Source: Candidatus Methylomirabilis sp.
Lineage (GTDB): Bacteria; Methylomirabilota; Methylomirabilia; Methylomirabilales; CSP1-5
NCBI GenBank assembly: GCA_012974305.1
Contig: JAAXQN010000213.1
Coordinates: 1-52,509 of the forward strand
Direction of reading: 5' to 3'
Length of the DNA stretch: 52,509 nucleotides
Numbering within the stretch: position 1 is the stretch's first letter; each line of letters opens with the position of its first letter. The position numbers and the translations under genes are program-made. The notes under the pieces are model-generated. The model ran no database searches, had not been told where the DNA came from, and worked only from the letters and a program-made list of their open reading frames with translations. Positions 8,389 to 17,604 of the stretch are shown here, one piece after another.

Positions 8389-9480
8389 GTGAACCTCATG
8401 AGGGGGAGCATGAAGGGATTTATCCTTGGTGCTGCATTCCTCCTGAGTCTTGCGTGGGTCCCTCATGGTCAGGCTAGTAGCCTCCCCTACCAGGGAAACC
8501 TGACCATTGATGGAGAACCGGTGATCACGGTACTCGGGAAAGATGCGATCCCGGCCATCGATCGGCCGGAGTTTCTGTCCCTCGAGGAGGCCGATCGGTA
8601 TATGCAAGACGACGAGCCAGTCTTGGGGGTCCGCCGAGGCGAGGAAGCCCGAGCCTACTCTCTCTGGCAGCTCAATCACCACGAGATTGTCAATGACCAG
8701 ATCGGGGATCTCCCCCTCGCCATTACCTGGTGACCCCTCTGCTTCTCGGGCATCGTGTATGTCCGACCCACGCATCAGGGAAAGCCGCTGACCTTCGGGG
8801 TCAGTGGGATGCTCTGGAAAGATGCGCTGGTTATGTACGACCGGGAGACCGAGACACTCTGGAGCCACCTCAATGCCAAGGCCATCCACGGCCCTCTCCA
8901 GGGGATGCAGCTCAAACCCTATCCCGCAATCCACACAACCTGGGAACAATGGAAGCAACTCCATCCCGATGGCCAGGTGTTGTCTAAGCGCTCCATTCTC
9001 GGTGGCACCGGGGTTCGGCATGACGTCTACCAGGGATACATGGCGGATCCGAATCGTATGGGGATCTTCGGGAGGCGCAATCCGGATACCGCCCTGCCCG
9101 GAAAGGAGCACGTCTTTGGCCTCACCCTGCATGAGGCGAGGGTTGCCTATCCTTTTCGGTATCTGAGCCGCTCCCCCCTCGCGCACGACACCGTGGCAAA
9201 CGAACCGATTCTGGTGGTCTTTGCAGCCACGGAGGCCACCGCAGTCGCCTTTTCCCGTCGAGTTGATGGAAAGACACTCGATTTTACCCATCTGCGCCGG
9301 ATGAACGGAGATTGGTTGATGGAAGATTCCTCGACCGGGTCCCAATGGCGGGCCGTGACGGGGGAAGCGATCGCCGGCCCATTAAGAGGGTCCCAGCTGA
9401 CTCGAGTTCCCGGCCACCAGGTGTTTTGGTTTGCCTGGAAGGGATTTTATCCGAACACGCGCATCTGGACCGGTTTATAA
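8389..9480 (+). CDS. Exported DUF3179-family protein with an in-frame UGA (candidate selenocysteine) at codon 115
   Basis: The track ORFs 8389-8733 and 8755-9480 are in the same frame and separated only by TGA 8731-8733. The joined product reads 'DAIPAIDRPEF...HEIVNDQIGDLPLAITW-U-PLCFSG...LTFGVSGMLWKDALVMYDRETETLWSH', which is the continuous DUF3179 signature with U in place of the first Cys of CPLC. The N-terminus looks like a signal peptide. Confidence 0.7.
8746..8766 (+). promoter_or_regulatory. SECIS-like hairpin downstream of UGA 8731
   Basis: UCGGGCAU-CGUGU-AUGUCCGA is an 8-bp stem (one G.U pair) with a 5-nt loop. The stem starts 12 nt after the UGA and the loop GUG lies at +22 to +24. 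Confidence 0.4.
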
Positions 9481-9613
9481 GTGGGAAAGGTCTGTATCTC
9501 TGTCCCTCCTTGAGTGTAGAGTAGGGCAAAGTGCGTAGGCTCACAGGGCATCCTGAGGAAGCCGGACCTGGGCTTGGTATCATTGGGTCCTGTGACTCAC
9601 AGGAGACTCGGAC

Positions 9614-10375
9614 GTGATAGCGACGGATCACAACGAATTATCCAAAACGGAATCCGCCACTCCACGACCGACGGTACCGTCTGACACACACAAGAAGCGG
9701 CACGACTGGTCGCGGCCGGTCGTGCTTGTGGTCGCGATTCTGGCCATGCTTGTGCTGGCCAGGGTCCTGGGACTCGGGGAGCGCTTAGGCGAGCTCAGAG
9801 ACTGGATTCAAGGGTTGGGCCCGTGGGGACCTGTCGTCTTCGTATTTCTGTACGCTGCTGCGGTCGTGGCCGCCATCCCGGGCTCGGCTCTCACCATTGC
9901 GGCCGGAGCGCTCTTTGGCTCCGTCCTCGGGGTCATCCTGGTCATCAATGCCGCCACCCTGGGGGCCAGCCTTGCCTTTCTCGTCTCCCGCTACTTTGCT
10001 CGCGAAGCCATTGCCCAGCGGCTCGCTGTCAATGAGAAATTCCAAAAGCTGGATCGTCTCACGGAAGAGCATGGGGCCATCATCGTAGCCATCACCCGCC
10101 TGGTCCCCCTCTTTCCCTTCAATCTTCTCAATTACGGCTTCGGCCTCACCCGCGTCCCCTTCTGGACCTACGTGGGCTGGTCCTGGCTCTGCATGCTGCC
10201 TGGCACGATTCTCTACGTCGTAGGAGCGGATGTCTTCACCACGGGCCTGTCCGAAGGCCGGGTCCCCTGGCCCTTGGTCGGGGCCCTGGTTGTAGCCGTG
10301 CCGATCCTCACCGTCCTCGTCCGGCAGGCCCGGCGCAGGCTGAAAGAGAAGGAAGCTCAGGCAAAAGTGAACTAA
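9614..10375 (+). CDS. TVP38/TMEM64 (DedA/SNARE-associated) family membrane protein
   Basis: 253 aa. The 'VFVFLYAAAVVAAIPGSALTIAAGALFG' and 'RLVPLFPFNLLNYGFGLT' motifs are present. GTG start after SD AGGAG. Confidence 0.85.
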   Translation: MIATDHNELSKTESATPRPTVPSDTHKKRHDWSRPVVLVVAILAMLVLARVLGLGERLGELRDWIQGLGPWGPVVFVFLYAAAVVAAIPGSALTIAAGALFGSVLGVILVINAATLGASLAFLVSRYFAREAIAQRLAVNEKFQKLDRLTEEHGAIIVAITRLVPLFPFNLLNYGFGLTRVPFWTYVGWSWLCMLPGTILYVVGADVFTTGLSEGRVPWPLVGALVVAVPILTVLVRQARRRLKEKEAQAKVN

Positions 10376-10444
10376 TGCGTTTGAACTACTAGGGGTAGCT
10401 CAACCATATGCGGTAGATTCGAGCCTCTGCTTCGGAAATAAATA

Positions 10445-10473
10445 TTGACAATTTCACTGCGGCTTACTAATAG
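10445..10473 (+). promoter_or_regulatory. Putative sigma-70 promoter for the glycoconjugate operon
   Basis: TTGACA (10445-10450), a 17-nt spacer, then TAATAG (10468-10473). An AT-rich 'GGAAATAAATA' tract precedes it. Confidence 0.4.
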
Positions 10474-10582
10474 AGGAAGGATTCTTTTGTCCACCCCCTC
10501 CCCGGAGAACGGCGTGTGCCTGCCCCCCAAGTCCGGGGCGGAGATATCAGATAGGCCCCAGGACTTCGACCCGGGGTCAACG

Positions 10583-11392
10583 ATGTCCACGCTAATATCC
10601 ATGAATTTCGGCGAACGCGTCTCTGCGTATGAGGCCTACCTCGAGAGCCCACACGGGCGCCTCCGCTCGGAGATCGTCTGGCAACAGTTATCGAGCTTCA
10701 TGGCAAAGTCATGGAGCCCTGAACCGCCCCCCCTTCAGGTCCTCGACATCGGTTGCGGGACCGGAGAACTTGCCCTTCGCCTTGCCGCTCGGGGCCACGC
10801 GGTGACCCTCCTCGACCCTGTCAAGCAAATGCTTGATCGCGCTCAGGAAAAGGCGCAAGTGCTGGAGCCTACTCCGAGTGTTCCGCCGCGGTTCATCGCT
10901 GGATCCGTCGAAGAAGCCCCCGATCTTACCGAAGGAAAAACCTTTGACCTCCTCCTTTGCCACACCGTTGTCGAGTACTTGCCGAGCCCTGAGAGTGCCC
11001 TGGTCCCGTTGTGTTCTCTTTTGAACTCGGGAGGATTCCTCTCCCTCGTTGCACTGAACCACTGGCAAGGGCCCCTCCGACATGCCATTCGGGACCACAA
11101 ATTCGATGAAGCGAAAAGGGCCCTCGCCGGAGAGTCATTCAGAGATACAGTCTTCGAACTTCCCCGCAAGGCGGTGGTCCCCGAAGAGCTTCACAACCAC
11201 CTCGAGGCCGCCGGGATCGAAATCATTGATCAGGGAGGAATTTTGGTCTTTTCAGACTACCTGCCGCCGGCGATGCTCGACGATCCGTCCCATGCCCCCA
11301 CCCTGTTTCGCCTGGAATTGGAGGCCGGAGCCCTCTCTCCTTTCAAGGATGTGGCCCGCTACCTTCATCTTTGGGGACGACGGGCAGGATAA
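10583..11392 (+). CDS. Class I SAM-dependent methyltransferase (SmtA/CmoM-like architecture)
   Basis: 'VLDIGCGTGELALRLAARGHAVTLLDPVKQML' is motif I plus the acidic loop. I placed the start at ATG 10583; the track ORF begins at 10445 inside the promoter. Confidence 0.8.
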   Translation: MSTLISMNFGERVSAYEAYLESPHGRLRSEIVWQQLSSFMAKSWSPEPPPLQVLDIGCGTGELALRLAARGHAVTLLDPVKQMLDRAQEKAQVLEPTPSVPPRFIAGSVEEAPDLTEGKTFDLLLCHTVVEYLPSPESALVPLCSLLNSGGFLSLVALNHWQGPLRHAIRDHKFDEAKRALAGESFRDTVFELPRKAVVPEELHNHLEAAGIEIIDQGGILVFSDYLPPAMLDDPSHAPTLFRLELEAGALSPFKDVARYLHLWGRRAG

Positions 11393-11407
11393 CCAAAAAG
11401 GACACGA

Positions 11408-12088
11408 ATGCACATCACGGTCATCATTCCAGCTCTGGATGAAGAGGCGGCCATCGGTGCGGTGGTGCGGGACATCTCCCGAGACCTCGTTGAGGAGATT
11501 GTCGTCGTGGATAACGGAAGCACCGACCGCACGGCAGAGGTGGCACGAGCTGCCGGCGCCAGGGTGATTCACGAGCCAATGCGTGGCTACGGTGCGGCCT
11601 GTTTGGCCGGAGCAATGGCGGCGCAGGATGCCGACATCCTCGTCTTTCTCGATGGCGATAGAAGCGATGACCCCGCTGAAATGCCCGTCGTCTTGCGACC
11701 GATTCTGGATGGCCAGGCCGACCTGGTGGTTGGATCGCGAACGACTGGCGTCACCGAGAAGGGGGCCCTCACATCCCAACAGCGGTTTGGCAACCGGCTG
11801 GTGACGAGGATGGTGTGGCTCCTCTACGGTCTCACCTTGACCGACATCGGTCCCTTCCGGGCCATCAAAGGACCAGTCCTTTGGGACCTCGGGATGGAGC
11901 ACAAGACGTATGGATGGCCTGTGGAGATGATCGTCAAGGCGGCCAAGAAGGGATATCGAGTCGTGAACGTCCCAGTCAGTTGTCGCAAGAGAATCGGCCG
12001 GTCAAAGGTGGCAGGCACGCTGAAAGGCAGCCTCCTGGCCGGCTATCATCTGCTCTCCACCACTATGCGGTATGCCTGGAGGAGGTAA
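11408..12088 (+). CDS. GT2 glycosyltransferase, polyprenyl-phosphate sugar synthase-like (DPM1/Ppm1-type)
   Basis: 226 aa. 'VIIPALDEE', 'VVVDNGSTDRT' and 'LDGDRSDDP' (the DxD region) are present, and the protein is short and soluble like GT2 enzymes of this type. Confidence 0.8.
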   Translation: MHITVIIPALDEEAAIGAVVRDISRDLVEEIVVVDNGSTDRTAEVARAAGARVIHEPMRGYGAACLAGAMAAQDADILVFLDGDRSDDPAEMPVVLRPILDGQADLVVGSRTTGVTEKGALTSQQRFGNRLVTRMVWLLYGLTLTDIGPFRAIKGPVLWDLGMEHKTYGWPVEMIVKAAKKGYRVVNVPVSCRKRIGRSKVAGTLKGSLLAGYHLLSTTMRYAWRR

Positions 12089-12092
12089 CGCA

Positions 12093-13085
12093 ATGGCATT
12101 CTCCGTCGGTATCGGTCTCACCAACGAATGTAATCTCCGTTGTCCTCATTGCTACCGGCCGGATATGGTGATTGACCGTCTCACGTTTCAGGATATCCGG
12201 CAGGTTTGCGAAAGCATTCCGATCAGATCGATGAACCTGGGGGTCGGAGAAAATGGACTCCACCCCGAATATCAGGCCATTCTCGATTATCTCTGGGACC
12301 GAGGGGTCAAGACGACGATCACCTCCAACGGCTTGAGCATTCAAGCCCTCACAGACCAGGCGGTGAAACGCTTTCACAGCGTGGAGTTCTCACTGGACTT
12401 CCCCACGGAACGGGAGCATGACGCCTTCAGGGGACAGGGGAACTGGCGAGGAGTGATAACCGCGATCGAGCGGTGTGCCGACATCGGCCTCTCGGTCACG
12501 GTGACGTCGGTCATGATGAGCATCAACTACAACAAATTGGGGGATCTTGCCAAGGTGGCTTCCTCGCTGGGCGCCAATCTCAGAGTAAACGTCTATCAAC
12601 CCGCAAAGACCGATCAGTTCACTCTGACGTACGACCAATTCTGGCAAGGCATCAAGCGGCTGCTGGGGAGTGCTCGTCTTGTGGCCACCACCGAGCCCGT
12701 CCTCGCCGCAGTGTTGGGTATCGAGGAGTTCGCCGGCCCGGCATGTGGCCGTACGACGGTCCGCGTGGCCCCTGACGGCCGCATCCTTCCCTGTACCTAC
12801 TGGCCCAACAGTCGACTGACCCTTGCCGATCTCGCCACACTCGGAGAGCAAATCGTGCAGGCGCCGGAGTTCCTCGAGGCAACGCAGCCCCCCCCAGCGT
12901 GCGACGGCTGTCCGTGTCTAGGAGGCTGTGCGGGCAGGCGAGCCTTGGTTGGTGGCCTTCATCAATCCGATCCGTACTGTCCCTTTGTGCGAAAGGATAG
13001 GATCCTTATCGACTGGGAACAGGTGCCGGGGCAAGATCTCCCCAAGGTGGGGAGTGCCTGTACGACCGTTGTCTCGGCGAGGTAG
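12093..13085 (+). CDS. Radical SAM / SPASM-domain protein
   Basis: 'NECNLRCPHCY' is a CX3CX2C motif. The C-terminal Cys cluster 'CGRTTVRVAPDGRILPC...CDGCPCLGGCAGR' matches SPASM. The ATG at 12093 lies 7 nt after SD GGAGGAGG. Confidence 0.85.
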   Translation: MAFSVGIGLTNECNLRCPHCYRPDMVIDRLTFQDIRQVCESIPIRSMNLGVGENGLHPEYQAILDYLWDRGVKTTITSNGLSIQALTDQAVKRFHSVEFSLDFPTEREHDAFRGQGNWRGVITAIERCADIGLSVTVTSVMMSINYNKLGDLAKVASSLGANLRVNVYQPAKTDQFTLTYDQFWQGIKRLLGSARLVATTEPVLAAVLGIEEFAGPACGRTTVRVAPDGRILPCTYWPNSRLTLADLATLGEQIVQAPEFLEATQPPPACDGCPCLGGCAGRRALVGGLHQSDPYCPFVRKDRILIDWEQVPGQDLPKVGSACTTVVSAR

Positions 13086-13106
13086 AGCTTGGTTTGGAGG
13101 AATGAG

Positions 13107-14114
13107 ATGAACGAGCCAAAGCGTCCACTGACTGTCGCAAAATTACCCCGGACTCTTTATCTTGAAACGACCAATCGCTGCGACTCAAAATGCCAGACGT
13201 GCATCCGGACCTTTCTGACCAACGAACCTCCCAAGGACCTCACGCTGGCGGAGCTCCAGGGAATCGTGGATCAGTTCCCGGTGCTGGAGCGGGTGGTCCT
13301 GCACGGGATCGGTGAGCCCCTCCTGAACCGAGAGCTTTTCGAGATGGTCGTGTACCTCAAGACCAAGGGGGCGGCCGTCGTGTTCAACTCTGACGCCATT
13401 AGCCTCACCCCGAAGCGTGCCATCAAGCTCATGGAGAGTGGCCTCGACGAATTTCGGGTCTCCATGGACGGCGCGACCCGTGAAACGTACGACAAGATCC
13501 GTGGCGTAGATCAGTTCGACCGGGTCGTCGAAAACGTGACGCATCTCATGGATCAGCAACGGAAGCTCGAGCGGCAGACGCCCCGCGTCTCCCTCTGGTT
13601 TACCGCCATTAAGGCCAATCTTGATGAGCTTCCGGCCTTTGTCCGCCTGGCCGCTCGCGTGGGGGTCCCAGAAGTCTACGTCCAGCGCCTTGTCTTCAAC
13701 AACCTGGGGATGGCCGTGGCCGAGCAGTCGCTGCACCACACGCTGCAAGAGCGGGAACAACGCTTGATCGAGGAGGCGGAAGGGCTGGCCCGCGAATTCG
13801 GGATGGCGTTCAAGGCCTCAGGCCTGACGACACCGATGGCCAGTCTCCAGGGCACAGAGCTCGCCAGTCGTCCCTGGTCCGGCTGCCAGCGACCATGGAC
13901 ACTCAGCTACGTGACCGCGAATGGCAACGTCCTGCCCTGCTGCATTGCCCCATTCTCGGCCAAAAACTATCGCGGGGCCCTTCTAGGTAATGCCTTTACC
14001 GAGGATTTTTCACGCATCTGGAACGGAGAACCGTATCAGCAGTTTCGAGAAACCTTTGAAAGCGATGTCCCTCCCGATGCCTGCCGGGGATGCGGACTGC
14101 TGTGGAGCATTTAA
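13107..14114 (+). CDS. Radical SAM / SPASM-domain protein (second copy, different subfamily)
   Basis: 'TNRCDSKCQTC' is a CX3CX2C motif. C-terminal 'CQRPWTLSYVTANGNVLPCCIAP...CRGCG' completes the SPASM region. SD GGAGGAA precedes ATG 13107. Confidence 0.85.
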   Translation: MNEPKRPLTVAKLPRTLYLETTNRCDSKCQTCIRTFLTNEPPKDLTLAELQGIVDQFPVLERVVLHGIGEPLLNRELFEMVVYLKTKGAAVVFNSDAISLTPKRAIKLMESGLDEFRVSMDGATRETYDKIRGVDQFDRVVENVTHLMDQQRKLERQTPRVSLWFTAIKANLDELPAFVRLAARVGVPEVYVQRLVFNNLGMAVAEQSLHHTLQEREQRLIEEAEGLAREFGMAFKASGLTTPMASLQGTELASRPWSGCQRPWTLSYVTANGNVLPCCIAPFSAKNYRGALLGNAFTEDFSRIWNGEPYQQFRETFESDVPPDACRGCGLLWSI

Positions 14115-14124
14115 GGAGGACACC

Positions 14125-14646
14125 ATGGGGTCTGGATTGATACGGGGCGGTCCCCCGATTTCCGTTGCACTCTTTCGGATGACGTTCGGTATCCTCTGGC
14201 TCGATTTGGCCTTGCAAAAGGCCCCGTGGGTCATCAACGACGGTCATCGCTTCGGGTGGCTCTACGGTTTTATCTGGACAGAGATCAAGAATCCCACGTT
14301 CGAATTCTATAAGAGCTTCCTCCATGACATCGTCCTGCCCAACTTCAACACCTTTGGCTATCTCACCTTCTTCAACGAGATGTTTTTTGGGATCTCGCTC
14401 CTCCTGGGATGCTTTACGGTTCTTGGGGGGATTGGTGGGGCCCTGTTCCAGGTCAACATTATGTTAGGCGCATACTCGGTGCCCGGCGAATGGTACTGGG
14501 TGTGGCCGCTCTTGATCTTCCCACAGCTGGTCTTTGCGCACACCCGGGCGGGACGCACCGTGGGAATAGATCGGCTGCTTTACGACCGGCTTGCTGGCGA
14601 GGCCGAGCCAGCGGGGATCAGAAAACTGCTCCTCTGGCTTGTCTAA
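14125..14646 (+). CDS. DoxX-like small integral membrane protein
   Basis: 173 aa with about 4 TM segments. The ATG at 14125 follows SD AGGAGGA. The track ORF begins at 13990, inside the upstream gene. Confidence 0.5.
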   Translation: MGSGLIRGGPPISVALFRMTFGILWLDLALQKAPWVINDGHRFGWLYGFIWTEIKNPTFEFYKSFLHDIVLPNFNTFGYLTFFNEMFFGISLLLGCFTVLGGIGGALFQVNIMLGAYSVPGEWYWVWPLLIFPQLVFAHTRAGRTVGIDRLLYDRLAGEAEPAGIRKLLLWLV

Positions 14647-14656
14647 GGGGGTGTCG

Positions 14657-16027
14657 ATGGGCTGGAGGAGTCGCTCCTTCCTTTTGCTCGCCGGGGTGGG
14701 GATTATATCGACGCTCCTATACCTCGCAAACTTCCGGCTCGCGCCCTTCCTGCAATATCTCGGCATGATCGACCCAAAACGGGGAGCGCTTGCCGCATAC
14801 CCCTATCTGTTCTTTCTTCTCTTCGCCCTCTACGGACTCGCGCTTGTTTCCGTCCTCAGGAAGCGGTCCGGACCTTCCCTGCTCGGCCTGATCCTAGGAA
14901 TTGCCCTACTTTTCCGGGTCACCCTGCTTGTTTCCCCCGTCGTCCTCTCAAGCGACATTTACCGCTATGTCTGGGATGGTCGGGTCCAGATGGCCGGGAT
15001 CAGCCCGTATCTGTACCCCCCCTCAGCTCAAGAGCTCACTCCGCTTCGAGATGAACAGATCTTTCCCCACATCAATCGACCAGAGGCTCGCACCATCTAT
15101 CCTCCGGGCGCGCAAATGTTCTTTGCACTGAACGCCAAACTCTTCCCCGACAGTATCAATGCCTTGAAAGCAATCATGATGCTGTTCGACATCGGTACAA
15201 TCCTTTTGATCCTGACTCTCCTGAAAAAAACAGGATTCCGTTCGGATCGGGTGCTGCTGTACGCGTGGTCACCCCTGGTGCTTTTTGAGCTCGCCGGAAG
15301 CGGCCATCTCGAGGCGGTGATGCTCCCCTTTGTTCTGCTCGCCATCCTGGCGAGAATGAGCGGAAAGCCGGGCCTCGCTGGAGTGACGCTCGGCATGGCC
15401 ACTTTGATCAAACTGTATCCGGCGGCCCTGCTCCCCGTTCTGTACCAGAGGGGTGACAGGCGGTTCCCGCTTGCCTTTGGGGCCACTATCCTCCTCGGGT
15501 ACCTGCCCTATTTCTACGGCGCCGGCGGGAAGGTGTTGGGTTTTCTTCCTGCCTACTTCGGCCGCTGGGAGGACTTTAACGTCGGTCTCCGGTATTTCCT
15601 TACTTTGGCCCTGACTCCACTCACCGCCTCTCCCCGCCTCGTTGCGATGCTCTGCGTCACCGCCCTTCTTGGTGCGATAGCCCTCTACCTTGTACGGAAA
15701 GGGGAAGGACAAGACTTTCCCTGGCGCGCATACGTGATGGTGAGTGCCTACCTTCTCCTGCTGCCGACGAGTTTTCATCCATGGTACCTGATCTGGATCC
15801 TCCCCTTCCTTTGCCTCTACCCCTCGTGGGGCTGGCTGTATCTCAGTGGATCGATTAGCTTGTCTTACCTCAAATACGTCCAAGACCTCGGGATCCTTCC
15901 CCTCGGGATTCGGCTGTTGGAGTTCCTCCCCCTCTACGTGCTGCTTGGGTTGGAGGCCTTCCGGCATCGTCACTCGGAAGCGCATTCCGACGAGGTCATG
16001 ACGTTCATGATGGAGAAATCGCCATGA
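14657..16027 (+). CDS. GT-C fold polyprenyl-phosphate-sugar-dependent glycosyltransferase (DUF2029 / GT87-like)
   Basis: About 456 aa and polytopic. 'SSDIYRYVWDGR' in the first loop is the typical GT87/DUF2029 motif. Start placed at ATG 14657. Confidence 0.7.
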   Translation: MGWRSRSFLLLAGVGIISTLLYLANFRLAPFLQYLGMIDPKRGALAAYPYLFFLLFALYGLALVSVLRKRSGPSLLGLILGIALLFRVTLLVSPVVLSSDIYRYVWDGRVQMAGISPYLYPPSAQELTPLRDEQIFPHINRPEARTIYPPGAQMFFALNAKLFPDSINALKAIMMLFDIGTILLILTLLKKTGFRSDRVLLYAWSPLVLFELAGSGHLEAVMLPFVLLAILARMSGKPGLAGVTLGMATLIKLYPAALLPVLYQRGDRRFPLAFGATILLGYLPYFYGAGGKVLGFLPAYFGRWEDFNVGLRYFLTLALTPLTASPRLVAMLCVTALLGAIALYLVRKGEGQDFPWRAYVMVSAYLLLLPTSFHPWYLIWILPFLCLYPSWGWLYLSGSISLSYLKYVQDLGILPLGIRLLEFLPLYVLLGLEAFRHRHSEAHSDEVMTFMMEKSP

Positions 16028-17604
16028 TACCTTCGAGCATCCCCCTCGTGCTTTTGCTTCTCGTCTATTTTGTCTCGCTCTTTTTTCTCTTCCTCTATGG
16101 GATCAATTGCTACGTCATGATCTTTCTCCACCGCCGCGCGAAAGCGCAGATGCTGCGACAAGATGAAGAGGTCTGGAAGGGATGGCAGGCTGCGGACCAC
16201 CAACTCCCATGGGTCACGGTGCAACTGCCGATCTACAACGAGCGATACGTCATCCAGCGACTGATCGAAGCCGTGGTGCTCTTGGACTATCCGAGGGACC
16301 GGCTCGAGATCCAGGTCCTCGATGACTCCACAGATGAGACCACGGCCATCGCCACCCCGCTTATCGAGCGCTATCGGCAGGCAGGATTTGATATCACACT
16401 CCTTCATCGCGCCAAAAGGACCGGATACAAGGCCGGAGCGCTCAAGGAAGGACTCGGCGTCAACCGGGGAGAGTTCATTGTCATTTTTGACGCCGACTTC
16501 ATTCCCGACCCGGATTTCCTGATGAAAACCCTCCCCTTCTTCCAGGATCCTTCCATCGCCATGGTCCAGGTCCGGTGGGGACACATCAACCGCGACTATT
16601 CCCTCCTCACGTTAGCCCAGAGTTTTGGGATCGACGGCCACTTCTACGTGGAGCAGGCAGCCCGCTGTTGGTCGGGCCTCTTCATGAACTTCAATGGCAC
16701 CGCCGGGATCTGGCGGCGAAAGGCCATCGACGACGCCGGGGGTTGGCAAGCGGACACCTTGACAGAGGATCTGGATCTGAGCTACCGGGCGCAGCTCAAG
16801 GGCTGGCGGATGAAATTCTTGCCGCAGGTCGTTTGTCCGGCCGAGGTCCCGGTGCAGATGTCCGCCGTCAAAAGTCAACAGCACCGATGGGCCAAGGGCT
16901 CGATCCAGACCGCCATAAAGCTCATTCCACAGATTCTGAAGGCTGATGTCCCCCTGTTTACCAAGTATCAAGCGATCTTCCATCTCACGAACTACATGGT
17001 CCATCCCCTCATGCTGGTCGTGGCCATGAGCTCGCCACTGCTGCTCTGGTTTGAGGGATTCTTTTCACTCCGGGAGCATCTCTTTGCGGCGGCAGCCTTC
17101 TTTTCGATCGCGACCTTTGGGCCTTCCAGCATGTACCTGTATGCGCAAAAGCATTTGTATCCCGACTGGAAGCAACGGCTCCGGTACTTTCCGTCCCTGT
17201 TGATCTTCGGGACCGGAATCGCCCTGAACAATACCAAGGCTATCCTGGAGGCCTTCTTGAACGTGGACGGAGCATTCGTGCGAACCCCGAAATTCCGCAT
17301 CGAAAAAGGGTCCGACACCTGGGTGGGCAAGCGATATCGCCCCCCCATACCTTGGTTGAGTTTCCTCGAGGGCCTCGTCGCGCTCTACTGCATCTACGGC
17401 GTATCTCTATTTATCGAGCGGGCCCGGCTCGTCGATCCCTTCCTTCTCCTCTACACTATGGGATTCGCTACTGTGGCCTTGTATAGTCTCTGGGAGGCCC
17501 TTCGGAGTGCCACAAAACGCCCAGAAAGCATCAGCGAAGCCCCGGCAGAGCCTCAGCCCGTCACGGCGTCAGTCGTCTCAGCGAAAGGGAGACCGATGAC
17601 ATGA
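16024..17604 (+). CDS. Membrane GT2 glycosyltransferase, cellulose-synthase-like (CslA / glucosyl-diacylglycerol-synthase type)
   Basis: Contains 'LPIYNE', 'VLDDSTDET', 'FDADF', 'TEDLDLSYR' and the 'QQHRWAKG' QxxRW motif. ATGA overlap with the upstream gene. Confidence 0.85.
   Translation: MIPSSIPLVLLLLVYFVSLFFLFLYGINCYVMIFLHRRAKAQMLRQDEEVWKGWQAADHQLPWVTVQLPIYNERYVIQRLIEAVVLLDYPRDRLEIQVLDDSTDETTAIATPLIERYRQAGFDITLLHRAKRTGYKAGALKEGLGVNRGEFIVIFDADFIPDPDFLMKTLPFFQDPSIAMVQVRWGHINRDYSLLTLAQSFGIDGHFYVEQAARCWSGLFMNFNGTAGIWRRKAIDDAGGWQADTLTEDLDLSYRAQLKGWRMKFLPQVVCPAEVPVQMSAVKSQQHRWAKGSIQTAIKLIPQILKADVPLFTKYQAIFHLTNYMVHPLMLVVAMSSPLLLWFEGFFSLREHLFAAAAFFSIATFGPSSMYLYAQKHLYPDWKQRLRYFPSLLIFGTGIALNNTKAILEAFLNVDGAFVRTPKFRIEKGSDTWVGKRYRPPIPWLSFLEGLVALYCIYGVSLFIERARLVDPFLLLYTMGFATVALYSLWEALRSATKRPESISEAPAEPQPVTASVVSAKGRPMT

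Noticed and set aside
8731-8733. Genome-wide reassignment of UGA (genetic code 4 or 25) as the explanation for the in-frame TGAs
   Set aside because: Many well-delimited genes in this window end in TGA at the expected C-terminus, for example the sigma factor, SSS, rSAM, GT87-like and DUF2064 genes. High GC is also atypical for recoded lineages. Site-specific Sec insertion fits better.
8149-9345. 398-aa ORF on the minus strand, antisense to the DUF3179 gene
   Set aside because: It is a shadow ORF of a high-GC gene. Its composition is Arg/Gly/Pro-rich, it has no recognisable motif, and the sense strand carries a clear family signature. It is long only because the sense gene is split by the UGA.
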